In this document: piece by piece, positions 19,627-30,441 of the stretch
Position numbering within the stretch: position 1 is the first letter of the stretch
How the letters are laid out: every line of letters begins with the position of its first letter
Virus record (IMG/VR): IMGVR_UViG_3300031992_002320
Source: an uncultured virus (IMG/VR IMGVR_UViG_3300031992_002320)
Taxonomy: Duplodnaviria; Heunggongvirae; Uroviricota; Caudoviricetes
Strand: one strand, 5' to 3'
Length of the DNA: 64,000 nucleotides
Translations under genes and position numbers: made by a program
The notes under the pieces: generated by a model
The model's database searches: none
The model's input: only the letters and a program-made list of their open reading frames with translations
What the model was told of the DNA's origin: nothing

Positions 19627-21444
19627 ATGGGACAGAGTGTTAAGGATTCTTTTGGAGTGAATATGAGTGGTGTCACGGTGGATGCTTTGGGGAGTGATTC
19701 TGCCTTACGTGAACATTTGTATATGGCATGCCTTGCGGAGTTAACCAATCGTGGTAGTCATGCGGTTCTTGAGGATACCCCGGATGCTGTGTTTAAGTGT
19801 GCGGTTGAGCTTTTTGGAGTTGGGGAGGCTCATGCTGGGGGTGCTGATTCTGTTGAGGTTGTTCCGTTGGGTTTGGATGCGGCATGGGATAGGATTGAGT
19901 CTGATGCTCGTTTTGCTAATGATGGGGTGTCATACAAATATCTTTTTTGGTTTTTAAGATATGTGGGCAAGCGTTTTGGTATTGAGTCTCTGCCAAATTT
20001 TGTTACTGCGGATTGGTTGTATAGTGTGGTGTCACCGATATGGGGTAGAGGACAGAAGCATTGTATACGCTTGTTTACGAATTTAGATACGTATCGTAGG
20101 GATTCTCAGGTGAAGTCTGGACCACATTGTGGACCTGACTTTCATGTTTATGATGATGCTTATGCCGAAGAGATTCTTTCATTTCTTATAAGTCATCATT
20201 TTACTGGGGTGTACTGTGTTTCTTCGGTTTGGCCTGCGTTTCATACAATACCTTGTGGGCGTGAGAGACTTAATGGTGATACACATTTAATAAAGTTTGA
20301 TGTATCTGGGGTGGAGAGATGTAAGTTGCATCTTGGCCTATTTCCGCGTGAGCTTTCGAGGTTATACTGGTGTTGGGGATTGAATCGGGGGGCTTTTTTG
20401 GGGCTTGATGATTCTAAACGACCTTTAGAGGGGGATCTTTATTATTTGTGTACTGAATACATGCGGGGGTTAGTGGATATTAATGAAGTATATTCTGGTG
20501 AATTCTTTAATTGTCTGGGTGCGCTTGTGAGTGTGGTGTATAACTTGCGATTCGTGCTTGTGGGGGATACTTTTGATGCCGAGGTTTACGACTATTTAGA
20601 TTCGATTACGGATAGTAATTTCTTTCATGAGTTTGCATATGTACATACCGATTTTGGGTTTGTTGATGTTGGGGAACCTACATGTGTGCTGTGTGTTGAG
20701 GAGGGTGCTCGTATAGCGGTTGATGGAGGGCGTATGGCCTTAGAGTCTCATCTTGTGGATAAGGGTTGGAAAACCTTTTTGCGGGATGGGGATGTCTTTG
20801 AGTATGTTCAGTCTGATTTACAGAGGGATATTAAGGCTGAGTTGAAGTTAGAGGGAGGTCATTTTGTTGGTTTTGCAGAGGATGTTATGTTGAATCTTGA
20901 GAGGAGTTCTATGTTTGCCTTGTGTAGGCGTGTTTATCCGGGGGATTTGATTCGGGAATTTCCTAATGGTATCAAGATGCACGTCAAGCGTAATATTCGA
21001 GGCTTACCTTTTATTGTGTATATAGATGATGTTGGGGTTTACTACGTTGTAGAAGACTATTTTATGGCGGTTGATCCTGTTCGTTTTGAGGTTGGTAATT
21101 GTCCGGGTGATCCTTCTAATTGTGATGATACCATGGCGAGTTCGATTTCTGATTCGAGTTTGGATTGTTGTAATGAGGCTTATCGATCACAGTTAACCAC
21201 CTTGGATCTGAAGAGTCTTGTGAGTACATTTAGACATTCTGATAGTCATATTTGTGAGATGAAGTGTGTCTTTGTTGAGGTAGATGGGCTGATGTTTAAT
21301 GCTTATATCCACCGGAGGAAATTTGAAGACGGTCGTGCAATTGAGAAGTTGCCCTATGTTTTGACGTTTAAGTCTTATATTCATTGGGATGATGAATTCA
21401 CTTTCACAGGTGACATGTCGGTGTTTGATAAGTATCTTTCTTAA
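19627..21444 (+). CDS. hypothetical protein, paralogue family B
   Basis: N-terminus SVKDSFGV...LREHLYMACLAELTNRG and C-terminal RNIRGLPFIVYIDDVGVYYVVEDY are shared with the next gene. Confidence 0.75.
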   Translation: MGQSVKDSFGVNMSGVTVDALGSDSALREHLYMACLAELTNRGSHAVLEDTPDAVFKCAVELFGVGEAHAGGADSVEVVPLGLDAAWDRIESDARFANDGVSYKYLFWFLRYVGKRFGIESLPNFVTADWLYSVVSPIWGRGQKHCIRLFTNLDTYRRDSQVKSGPHCGPDFHVYDDAYAEEILSFLISHHFTGVYCVSSVWPAFHTIPCGRERLNGDTHLIKFDVSGVERCKLHLGLFPRELSRLYWCWGLNRGAFLGLDDSKRPLEGDLYYLCTEYMRGLVDINEVYSGEFFNCLGALVSVVYNLRFVLVGDTFDAEVYDYLDSITDSNFFHEFAYVHTDFGFVDVGEPTCVLCVEEGARIAVDGGRMALESHLVDKGWKTFLRDGDVFEYVQSDLQRDIKAELKLEGGHFVGFAEDVMLNLERSSMFALCRRVYPGDLIREFPNGIKMHVKRNIRGLPFIVYIDDVGVYYVVEDYFMAVDPVRFEVGNCPGDPSNCDDTMASSISDSSLDCCNEAYRSQLTTLDLKSLVSTFRHSDSHICEMKCVFVEVDGLMFNAYIHRRKFEDGRAIEKLPYVLTFKSYIHWDDEFTFTGDMSVFDKYLS

Positions 21445-21475
21445 ATAGTTGTATGAGTTTTTTGGAGGTCAGGTT

Positions 21476-23164
21476 ATGGGGTGGAGTGTTAAGGATGCGT
21501 TTGGAATAGATTTATCTTCGCTTTCTGTTGATAAGTTACGTGAGGATTCCCATTTGTGTGAGCATGTGCGTATGGCGTGTCTTGTGGAGACCACGAATCA
21601 TGGGAAGGAGTTCCATTGTGGGGATGATGCTGAGTCGGTTTATGCTTGTGCTAAGGAACTCTTTGGGGGTGTATGTGTACAGGATTTTTTACACGAGGCC
21701 TTGCATGATGAGAGGTGTGGTGATTCCGCGGAGTGTGGGAGGCAGCTTTCATGGCTTTGTGGGTTTTTAGAGTATGTGAGTCAGCGTTTGGGTGTTGATG
21801 TCTTGCCACGTGGTGTCGGCTATGGGTGGTTTATTGAGAAGGCTCTCTTATGGGCGGATTTTGCGCGTGATTGTGGTGATGTGCGTAGAGAGTTTTGTGC
21901 TGATGACTATGAGTGGGCCTTTTTGAGGCTTTTATATTATTCAAAGTGGTTTTTCTCGTATCGGTGTGAAAGGACCATGACGAAGCTCTCGGCGGTAGGT
22001 TGGAGTAAGCTCTGTTTAGGTGCATCAAGATTTCGGGATTTTGAGATTCATTCATCTTGGGGGGTGCTTAATCAATCTTCGCTTTCGGGGTGTGATACGC
22101 TTGATGCACTTTTTACCAAGGTTTACGAGGCCAGATATCAAATGTTTAAACCTGTTGACCGGGCGGATGGTATGTTAGGTTTATTATTGCAGATGTTTTT
22201 AGGGGTTCGGTTTTTAGCTCTCGATTATGATTTGTTTGATTTTGAAATGCGGGATAAATTTATATCGTTGGTGAAGAGCCCGACATATCTTAATACTGGG
22301 TTTTCAGGTGAGCCAACAAGGTTGTATGTGTACTGTGCCAATACATTTCTCGTACATCATCATGATTGGAATCATGATTATATGGGATATGTTGAGCCTC
22401 ATATTTTTGTTGAGGGGGACTTTACGGATTTATGTAATGAGCTTCGTGAGAGTAATATTTATCTCTTGCATGGTGTGTTCTTTTCATATTTTGATTGGGA
22501 AAGTCGTTATTATCGAGATTATCGAGATTCAGGTTCTTATTTTGGGTTATGTGGAGTGGTGGATTCTTGGTTTAAGAAAAAGGAGTCCTTGCGGGAATGG
22601 AGCGTGATGCACTATGATTCACAGACTCTGAAGCGGGAGGTTGCTGCACAGCTTAAGGTGGAGGGTACACCTTTGGGTGTAATTGATACAGATGTGACTG
22701 AGATGTGTGGCTTCATTGAGACACCTTTGCTTGGGCAACGGCGTATTACTATGGATTTATTCAAGTTTTATTATCCGGATGGTGTGAGGGCGGCTTGTTA
22801 TAGGAATTTTAGGGGTATTCCCTTTGTTTTGTGGTTAGAGGGGTTAGGAGTTTATTGTGTGGTGGATGATTATTTAGTGTTGTTACCTTTTGATCGTTTT
22901 TATAGTCCGGGGAAGGGCTATCGGGGTTGTAAGTGTCCTATAGATTTGAGCACTGTACATGAAATGGAGTCTCGTACTCCTACATATGCTTATATGGATG
23001 ATGCTGAGTCACGTAGGTTGGATAATTATGGGTTATGTTTTTGGCTTAGTGGTTACTTAAGTATTAATGTGGCTTGGGCAAATGGTTCATATAGTGATTG
23101 TACGCATCGTTTTCGTGGTGATTTATCAGAGGTGGAGTCTTGGGAGTATGATTTCTCCAAATAG
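21476..23164 (+). CDS. hypothetical protein, paralogue family B
   Basis: SVKDAFGI...LCEHVRMACLVETTNHG and RNFRGIPFVLWLEGLGVYCVVDDY. Confidence 0.75.
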   Translation: MGWSVKDAFGIDLSSLSVDKLREDSHLCEHVRMACLVETTNHGKEFHCGDDAESVYACAKELFGGVCVQDFLHEALHDERCGDSAECGRQLSWLCGFLEYVSQRLGVDVLPRGVGYGWFIEKALLWADFARDCGDVRREFCADDYEWAFLRLLYYSKWFFSYRCERTMTKLSAVGWSKLCLGASRFRDFEIHSSWGVLNQSSLSGCDTLDALFTKVYEARYQMFKPVDRADGMLGLLLQMFLGVRFLALDYDLFDFEMRDKFISLVKSPTYLNTGFSGEPTRLYVYCANTFLVHHHDWNHDYMGYVEPHIFVEGDFTDLCNELRESNIYLLHGVFFSYFDWESRYYRDYRDSGSYFGLCGVVDSWFKKKESLREWSVMHYDSQTLKREVAAQLKVEGTPLGVIDTDVTEMCGFIETPLLGQRRITMDLFKFYYPDGVRAACYRNFRGIPFVLWLEGLGVYCVVDDYLVLLPFDRFYSPGKGYRGCKCPIDLSTVHEMESRTPTYAYMDDAESRRLDNYGLCFWLSGYLSINVAWANGSYSDCTHRFRGDLSEVESWEYDFSK

Positions 23165-23259
23165 TTGTATAAGTTTTTTCAAAGGTTTTCGGTTGGTATT
23201 TCTGTTGTGGCAATGTGATATATGTTCATCATATCTATATACTTTTAAGGAGGTTTATT

Positions 23260-25257
23260 ATGGCTGATAATGCTAAGTTGATGACATTGGTGCCGGGCCT
23301 TAAGCTCGGTGGATTGTTCTTGAGATCTGGTCTTACGAGGTCTTGGGGTGCCTTTGTTGTTGGCAATGCAGGTAATGGAATGCTTGTGCCTGATGCCAAT
23401 ATGCGTGGTATTTCCAAGGATCTGGGTAGGAACAGTTATTACATCCCGGATTCGGAGTATTTGGATCCGAGAGCGTTGAGAGCGCATCAGATGCGTGTTG
23501 GGGAGCCGGTTAAGATGTTCGTGGCTTCCAAGAATGCCGATGCACAGTTGGAGGCTGGTGGTGATCTTCAGGCGGTTATACAGTCTGGTGGATTCTCCAT
23601 GTTCACGGCTGTGAAGGGGCGTGTTGTTAAGAGATTCTCGCGTGCGCAGAGTGCCGATGCCGCATATGACGGTGAGAGAGACTTGGCGTATGAGGTTGAG
23701 TTCTTGGATCGCAGCGGGGCTGTTTGTTCGAAGCTTACCATCCCGGCGGCTGGAACTTATTCCTTGCCCGTAGTTCTTGATGGTTTCTCTGTTAAGCATC
23801 TTACCAAGGACGGTGGTACTGTTTATTACCTGTCTGGTAAGGATGGTCAGAAGGCTGATTCCGTGCCTTGGGAGCATAAGGATTTCGATGATGCTACCTT
23901 GGACAAGATGCGTAAGATGGGTATGTTCATCAGTGGTGCCAAGGCAGGTGCTTTGAACCTTTCTGGTACTGCGGTTGATATGAACGACCTTATGGGCCTT
24001 ATGAGTGCTGGTACTCAGGGCAACGATTCTGCACCCGATGATGGTGTTCCTTTTGGGGATGCAAATGTGTCTGATGGTGCTGCTGGTGGTGAGGCTGCGC
24101 CCGCTGCCTTTGAGACTGTTACCGCCTTTGATAAGGCTGTAGGCAAGTGGCAGGAGGGTGTTGGTGCCTTTGATGGTGTCACAGAGGAGTCTGGGCTTAC
24201 CTATTTTGGTAAGGATGTTGCCTTCCGCGAGCCGGTTGAGACCAATGCTGTTAATTTCAACTCCGAGAAGTTCTTCGGTCAGGTTGAAGGCGAGGGTGGT
24301 TTCGACTTCGATCCTTATGTTGGTGGTGGTTCTTACAAGATGGCCGATGGATCCATCACGGGTTACCTTACTACCAACCTCGGATATCGTTTGATGAGGC
24401 ACTATGTTGCGCATCCTTATCTTCCGAATGGTGCTGGTGTGAATGGAGCGAAGGATATTCCTATCCGTACCTCCAAGGATGTGCGTAACTATACGGCTTG
24501 GTCGAGTGGTAGGCTTCGTAGTGAGAAGCTCGGTCTTGGTTGCAACGGACTTAAGTCTGGTGACCTTGATGAGTTGCTTGAGGCATGTGCAAGGGCTGCT
24601 GATGGTCCTGTGGGTGATGCACTTGTTGCGGAGATCATGTCTCGTTTCGGTACTTTCGCTAAGCTCAGTTTGAGAAGTAGTGGTTTCAGTGCTGGTAAGC
24701 GTCAGTACAAGAAGGCCAATACCCCGGCGCCCGATGCTCTGCTTAGTGCTCTTAAGCAGGAGTTCGGTGAGGTTCCGGCGATGGTATTCAATGGCTACCT
24801 TGATTTGACTGGTGCGGTACCCGTTCTCAAGGAGGCCGAGAAGGAGAAGGAGACTTCCAAGATAGCCATTGCAGAGGGTTGGATGGGATTCACTCTCGGT
24901 GGTCAGGGCTGGTTGCCTGAGTATGCGGATGCTTACTCCAACGGTTTTGCCGCTGGTAGTGCTGGTCAGCCTTACGGTGACTATTCTGCAGACGGTGTTG
25001 CATCCGTCATGGAGGCTTATGTAGCTCTTATGCCGTATCTTATGAGAACCTTTGATCGTGATGTTACCGAGTCCGCTGAGCCTCAGCTTGTATGGACTCC
25101 GTCATCCGAGTATTGGGAAGAGATCCCGCCTAAGAAGGCATCTCGTGGTATCACGGTTTCCAAGAGTTATAAGTGCAAGCAGGCGCCCGATCTCAGATGT
25201 TATACTTCGGTTACTCCGGAGCATGAGAAGAAGGAGCGCAAGGCTAAGGAAGCCTAA
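23260..25257 (+). CDS. hypothetical protein, probably highly expressed
   Basis: Strong TAAGGAGG RBS, strongly biased codons (TTC/AAC/TAC/AAG), followed by a terminator. Confidence 0.75.
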   Translation: MADNAKLMTLVPGLKLGGLFLRSGLTRSWGAFVVGNAGNGMLVPDANMRGISKDLGRNSYYIPDSEYLDPRALRAHQMRVGEPVKMFVASKNADAQLEAGGDLQAVIQSGGFSMFTAVKGRVVKRFSRAQSADAAYDGERDLAYEVEFLDRSGAVCSKLTIPAAGTYSLPVVLDGFSVKHLTKDGGTVYYLSGKDGQKADSVPWEHKDFDDATLDKMRKMGMFISGAKAGALNLSGTAVDMNDLMGLMSAGTQGNDSAPDDGVPFGDANVSDGAAGGEAAPAAFETVTAFDKAVGKWQEGVGAFDGVTEESGLTYFGKDVAFREPVETNAVNFNSEKFFGQVEGEGGFDFDPYVGGGSYKMADGSITGYLTTNLGYRLMRHYVAHPYLPNGAGVNGAKDIPIRTSKDVRNYTAWSSGRLRSEKLGLGCNGLKSGDLDELLEACARAADGPVGDALVAEIMSRFGTFAKLSLRSSGFSAGKRQYKKANTPAPDALLSALKQEFGEVPAMVFNGYLDLTGAVPVLKEAEKEKETSKIAIAEGWMGFTLGGQGWLPEYADAYSNGFAAGSAGQPYGDYSADGVASVMEAYVALMPYLMRTFDRDVTESAEPQLVWTPSSEYWEEIPPKKASRGITVSKSYKCKQAPDLRCYTSVTPEHEKKERKAKEA

Positions 25258-25276
25258 TAGCTGGTTGATTAAAATT

Positions 25277-25310
25277 GAGGGAGCACTCAGTGATGGGTGC
25301 TCCCTTTTTA
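25277..25310 (+). terminator. intrinsic terminator
   Basis: GAGGGAGCACTCA-GTGA-TGGGTGCTCCCTT followed by a T run. Confidence 0.8.
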
Positions 25311-25398
25311 TTTGGGAGTCTCCATTTCTTTTTGTGTGTTTGTTACACAGGTATTTATGATAGGTTGTTTTGTTTGTTTGTTTCATTTGGAGGTTTGT

Positions 25399-27219
25399 AT
25401 GGGACTTAAATTATACATTGTGGTGCATACGAATACGAGATTGGGATATGTTGTTCCCACCGATACGGAGATTCTTCAGATGTGTGAGAGGGTTTTCGAG
25501 TGGGGTTTTGCTGGTGTGGAGTTTCAGGCTTTGGATACGGAGTGGGCAGCTTCTGTGATATTGCCTCTCGTTAGGGCCTGTGGTGTTTATGCAAATAAGG
25601 CTACTTATGATGTGTTCACCTTTAGGTGTTTAGATCTTCCGAAGGCTTTGGGTGAGGCTTGGGTTGCAAATCAGGAGCAGTTCTTTCATGCAAAGAATGT
25701 CATGGTTCTGTATTGGGATACCTATATGCAGTATTGTCAGTTGTTTGCCGCGCAGGATAATTTCCATTGGAGTAGTGAATTCAAGCCCACCTTTGCCAAG
25801 TTCAAGGGAATGTGTGCATCTCTTAAGAAGGCGGCATCAAAGATGGGTGGGGGTGTGAGTGTTCCGCAGCCGGAGGTTGTTTCTGGTAAGTGTGGTGTTT
25901 CTGATAGTGTTCGTGTGAATGTGTTATCCAACTTTGGTTTGAATCCGAGTGTGATAGATGAGGGTTATCTTTCCGAGCATGCTGATATTCGTGGTCATCT
26001 TTATATGGCGTGTGTTACAGCAATTGCTTTGGATGGCAGGAATACTGCTGTGTCAGAGGATATTTCCGATGGGGATTTGGTAGGCCTTATGCGGGATTTA
26101 TTTGGGGGTTCTGGTGGAGCCGAGGTTGATACTTGTGAGCTTCATACAGGGCCTGTTTTAGGTGAGTTTAATGAGTATTGGTGTGTTGTGAGAGAGTCCA
26201 TGAAGAATGTGCCCAAGCTTGGGGCGAATTATATGGGTTGTTCCTTTGGTGGTTATGCTTTTGGCCGTAAGGTTTATTACTCGACTGGAGATGTGGGTTT
26301 TCATATTGCGTATTTCCCTACGCTTCATAACAATGAGTGGATGGTTGCACAGAAGAATATTGTTGCGGATCCGGATCTGTCGGCATGGGCTAAGAAGAAT
26401 GGTATTGGGCCGACGAGTTTCACGCTTTCTTTGGAGGTTGCTGGGAGAGTGCCCTATAAGTCCGATTGTGGATACAGTGGGAGTGAAACGAAGTATTTTG
26501 GGTGTGGTAGATTTCCGATGACTTTTCAGTTGGCGGAGATGGATAATTTGAAGGCTTCAGTTGTGGCCGCCGATGATTTCATTGTGTTTGGTAAGGTACC
26601 GAAGCAGTATGCCTATATTGTTGGTCAGAAGGCAAGGGTTCATTATTTCTTGAGGGATGTTGTGAATGGTGAATATCTGAATGTCTGCAGGATTAATGAT
26701 CTCGTTGCTGGTCTTGCCGAGCGGGCTGTTCAGGGTAATGTTCCGAGTGATTTCCTTTGTTGGTGGGCGGAGCTTGCCGAGACTGTTAATGCGGAGGCTT
26801 TGGTTTCTTCAGATCCTAATGCTTGGATTAGGCAGATACCTAAGGATTCTGGTGGTTTGGTTTATCGTAGGGTTGATAGCAGGCGTAAGGGTGGTGTGCC
26901 TCTTTCCAAGCTGGATATAGGTGTGTTGTGCGTCGATTATAGTGGGCATCCGGTGAATCCGTTTAAGGTTAACTCTGTGATTCGTGATATCGGTGCAATG
27001 TGTGATAGTGCTGATATGTCTGTTTTCAATGATTCTGGTCGGGATATTGGATGTTTTGTGACTGGCAAGGAGTGTGGTGTTGTGCAGACTCATTCGGTGT
27101 ACAGGACTTTGTTCAAGGGGTTTGATAGGGATGGTAAGCCTTTGAATATGAGTTGTAGTTGGTGGAAGGATGTGAATACTGGCTCTTGTGAGTGTCAGGC
27201 TATTTTTGGGGAGGTGTAG
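25399..27219 (+). CDS. hypothetical protein carrying the family B N-terminal module internally
   Basis: Internal NVLSNFGLN...IRGHLYMACVTAIALDG...LMRDLFGG matches the N-termini of the 19627 and 21476 genes. Confidence 0.7.
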   Translation: MGLKLYIVVHTNTRLGYVVPTDTEILQMCERVFEWGFAGVEFQALDTEWAASVILPLVRACGVYANKATYDVFTFRCLDLPKALGEAWVANQEQFFHAKNVMVLYWDTYMQYCQLFAAQDNFHWSSEFKPTFAKFKGMCASLKKAASKMGGGVSVPQPEVVSGKCGVSDSVRVNVLSNFGLNPSVIDEGYLSEHADIRGHLYMACVTAIALDGRNTAVSEDISDGDLVGLMRDLFGGSGGAEVDTCELHTGPVLGEFNEYWCVVRESMKNVPKLGANYMGCSFGGYAFGRKVYYSTGDVGFHIAYFPTLHNNEWMVAQKNIVADPDLSAWAKKNGIGPTSFTLSLEVAGRVPYKSDCGYSGSETKYFGCGRFPMTFQLAEMDNLKASVVAADDFIVFGKVPKQYAYIVGQKARVHYFLRDVVNGEYLNVCRINDLVAGLAERAVQGNVPSDFLCWWAELAETVNAEALVSSDPNAWIRQIPKDSGGLVYRRVDSRRKGGVPLSKLDIGVLCVDYSGHPVNPFKVNSVIRDIGAMCDSADMSVFNDSGRDIGCFVTGKECGVVQTHSVYRTLFKGFDRDGKPLNMSCSWWKDVNTGSCECQAIFGEV

Positions 27220-27222
27220 GAT

Positions 27223-28644
27223 ATGGAATACTTAAAAAATACTATTTTGGGTGATTTCAGTATCCCACAGCTCGATGCTATGCGTGTTTGGGATTTCTTC
27301 AATGTTGACTTGGATACCGATGAGGAGAGTATAGATAGGGGCATAGCTGTTCGGAGCTTATATCTGTGGGAGCTTGTCCGTGAGTTATATAAGTGTGTTG
27401 GTTTAGATTATACCGTTGAGCCTCCAAAGCCCAATTCCGTTTGGGATGGATATCTCAAGTATGTGTTCGGCTTGAAGAATCCATCCACGGTGTTGGGTAT
27501 GGTTGAGGGGCATATGGAACGTTGTTTTTATATGTGTGATAGGTCGAGGGTTGATGAGCATCATGGTAGGGATGCCTATGCGAGACCTAAAGAGGATTTG
27601 GAGCCGGTTATATCGGGTGTTAGTGATACGATTTGGAGTGGTTTGAAGGTTGCCACGAATGCTGATAGTGTTCTGCGCCTTTGTGTGGTTTGGGGTAAGC
27701 GCGGTGTAGGCGGTTATTCAAATACTGTATGGCATGAGTTTGTTCCCGGATGGCCGAGAGGTGTTGATTCGGGGAGTGAGTATTGTGATACTGCTGTGGG
27801 CAATATTGCAACTCTGCAGAGTGTGGGGTTTGATAAGGTTGGTATTATCAATCTCTTGTCGGGTAGTGGTGGTAAGTTCTTTGATAAGGATTTCATTGGA
27901 GTGTGCAATGGGTTCAAGTCAGAGTTTGGTTTTGAGCGTGTTGCTGTGTTTTCTTCTGGAGCCACCGTCATCTGTGAGGATGATTTTGAGGAGGCATGTA
28001 AGGCAAATGGAATTTATATCGTTGGTTCGAAGTTCCGTGAGGAGAAGTATGATGCAGACACGGTGGTTTCGGATATCAAGGTTGGTGTAGCCACGGGTGG
28101 TAGTTATGCAGTGTTTGAGGATTCCTTTATGGCGGGGATGAAGTGTAGTCAGTCACCGCTTAGTAGAAAGAATGGTATTGGTTGGCTTTGTGGATCTTCG
28201 GCCTTTGAGAAGTTCTTTGTAGGTTGGGGTATTAGTAACGTCACGGCATATAATCGTCATCTTGCGAGGGTTATGTTGCGTGATAGGCTCTTTGATGAGG
28301 ATGTCAAGGGTTTGTGTGCGGTTGAGGCCAAGGCTCTGGATGGTTCTACGGTTTATTTAATTCCCGGTGTGGGCGTTTATAGGCGTCTTGGTGATTACTA
28401 TAAGTTCGCGGATGATCTGCTCTATCGTATAGGTGCTAAGAGGGGGGAGTTCGTTCCCTTTGGAGATAAGCAAAACGAGGGTGGAGCCATCTATTGTCCG
28501 TTAGATGATTCTTGGAGGAATGATTATCGGAGTATGTACAAATATGAGTTGTTCACCGTATGGGGAGGTAAATCTATTTCATGGGGCCACATTTGGGGTA
28601 CTGTTATGAGAGAGATTAAGGGTGCCAAGGCCTTTATGTTTTAA
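27223..28644 (+). CDS. hypothetical protein, family B-related
   Basis: YNRHLARVMLRDRLFDEDVKGLCAV...LIPGVGVYRR matches blocks in the 30438 and 33670 genes. Confidence 0.7.
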   Translation: MEYLKNTILGDFSIPQLDAMRVWDFFNVDLDTDEESIDRGIAVRSLYLWELVRELYKCVGLDYTVEPPKPNSVWDGYLKYVFGLKNPSTVLGMVEGHMERCFYMCDRSRVDEHHGRDAYARPKEDLEPVISGVSDTIWSGLKVATNADSVLRLCVVWGKRGVGGYSNTVWHEFVPGWPRGVDSGSEYCDTAVGNIATLQSVGFDKVGIINLLSGSGGKFFDKDFIGVCNGFKSEFGFERVAVFSSGATVICEDDFEEACKANGIYIVGSKFREEKYDADTVVSDIKVGVATGGSYAVFEDSFMAGMKCSQSPLSRKNGIGWLCGSSAFEKFFVGWGISNVTAYNRHLARVMLRDRLFDEDVKGLCAVEAKALDGSTVYLIPGVGVYRRLGDYYKFADDLLYRIGAKRGEFVPFGDKQNEGGAIYCPLDDSWRNDYRSMYKYELFTVWGGKSISWGHIWGTVMREIKGAKAFMF

Positions 28645-28659
28645 TCTTTGGAGGTTCTT

Positions 28660-30441
28660 ATGTATATCAAGCGAGTGTTTATTGGATTTAAGGGTTTGAA
28701 ATCTGTTGATGAGAGGGTGCTGCGTATATTGAGTAAGCGCATCTTGTCACGGGAGTGTTCCAATTTTATGGTTGTGGAGCGTTATAAGGACTATTGGGAT
28801 TTCGATGGGTGTTATTATTATCTCCCGGATTTTGATAGGCTTTTTATGGATGCTGTTAAGTTCGGCAATCGTGGTAATAAGGACCACACGCTTATCATCA
28901 GTGTGTATGATTTTGAGCTTGGGGATGATGGGGTTTTCAGTGGTGTTATTCGTGTGCGTGTCAAGGGTGAGAAGGCACAGAATATCTCCACGGTTATGAC
29001 TGTTGGAGTTCGTTCTCGGTGTAGTGTGGATGGTTCTGCGGAGCTTAGTGGTTACTTACCTAAGTTTGAGAAGGGGACTAAGGGCAGTTATGGTGATATG
29101 GATGTTGACAGGGCATATGTTGATGCTCTGTTTTCGGCGTTTGGAGCACCGAAGCCTCTCTTTAGTGGGCCTTGGGCGATTGGTGATTATCTCACATCTG
29201 ATGCGGAGATGATGTGTAAGCTCTGTTGCACGAAGTTGGGCCGTGATTATGATGAGGCTTTTGCTGGTTCGGCAGTTGATGCGGGTACGAAGCTACTTGG
29301 TTCGGCATTTCTGGCGGATGATACTGATGAGGGTGTTCACTATGATACCGCGCCGGTGGAGCCCTTTAAGGCCGTGTGTGGTTTCCTTGGTATGCGTGAT
29401 GTTCCGAGTGGTTTATCCATGAAGGAGTTCACATCATATCACCGCTTTTCTGATAGAGATTTAAAGTCCAATGTTACGGGGCTCTTGAATAATAATCTTT
29501 GTTCTTGGATTTATTGGGGTGGTTCTGATTGTGGTTGGAATGAACTACCCAAGTCTTACACATTCTGCGTTGCATTCTGTGGTGATTTCAATGGTATGTG
29601 GTATGCGGTGCCGGTGAATTTCAAGAAGAAGGTGGATGGTGGTGGTATCCGTTATGGGGATTGGTGTCCGATTTATACCTATGACGGTGAGAAGGATTCC
29701 ACTTATGAGGACATTGAGTTTTCTGGTATGGATGATGTTCTGTTCTTGAGGAGTAAGTATTCGAGGCTGGCGGCTGTGAGTTTTCCCAATGATTGTGACA
29801 TTGCCGGTGATGGGAATGAGGGGCTTGTGAAGCTCGGTGGTGCTATTACGGTTGCGAGTATACCACCCGTGGATTATCTGCGTATGGTGAGTAGGGGTGA
29901 CATGGGCTTGGATGGGGCCGAGTTTGTACCTTTTGTTATTAATAGGCGTAATGGGGAGCGTTGGGTTCGTGATCCGAGAGCTCGTATGTATAATCCGAAT
30001 GTTGAGAAGGATGATGTTCACATTACAAAGTTCTTTGCCATCGATGAGAATGGTAAGCAGTTCGAGTTGGGTAACTACGGTGGGTATTGGAATTTCTTTG
30101 ATTCCTTTGTAGGATATGGTAGTGGGCCGAAGCCCGAGGCGTATAAGCTCTTTGAGGTGCATGTTCAGAAGCGTGTGTTTGATATGTATCCGAATCTGTT
30201 CAAGAAGATTGGCAAGGATTATGCGATGCATGGACTCCCCTATAAGTTCCGTGTGGGGTATGTAAGTGGGGAGCCAAAGGGAATTTTCTTTATGCCGATA
30301 GGTCTTATGGATCCGGAGTGGTCTGGTTTAGTTCTTTGCGCGGAGATGACTCATCATAGTGTTCCGGGTAAGGTAGGGGTTGTGCAGGGTATGTGCTGTC
30401 AGGTTCGTTTATTGAGTGATTTGAGAGGTGAATCGGTATGA
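28660..30441 (+). CDS. hypothetical protein, paralogue family C
   Basis: SYGDMDVDRAYVDALFSAFG, CKLCCTKLGRDYD and FCGDFNGMWYAVPVN are shared with the 31943 gene. Confidence 0.75.
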   Translation: MYIKRVFIGFKGLKSVDERVLRILSKRILSRECSNFMVVERYKDYWDFDGCYYYLPDFDRLFMDAVKFGNRGNKDHTLIISVYDFELGDDGVFSGVIRVRVKGEKAQNISTVMTVGVRSRCSVDGSAELSGYLPKFEKGTKGSYGDMDVDRAYVDALFSAFGAPKPLFSGPWAIGDYLTSDAEMMCKLCCTKLGRDYDEAFAGSAVDAGTKLLGSAFLADDTDEGVHYDTAPVEPFKAVCGFLGMRDVPSGLSMKEFTSYHRFSDRDLKSNVTGLLNNNLCSWIYWGGSDCGWNELPKSYTFCVAFCGDFNGMWYAVPVNFKKKVDGGGIRYGDWCPIYTYDGEKDSTYEDIEFSGMDDVLFLRSKYSRLAAVSFPNDCDIAGDGNEGLVKLGGAITVASIPPVDYLRMVSRGDMGLDGAEFVPFVINRRNGERWVRDPRARMYNPNVEKDDVHITKFFAIDENGKQFELGNYGGYWNFFDSFVGYGSGPKPEAYKLFEVHVQKRVFDMYPNLFKKIGKDYAMHGLPYKFRVGYVSGEPKGIFFMPIGLMDPEWSGLVLCAEMTHHSVPGKVGVVQGMCCQVRLLSDLRGESV

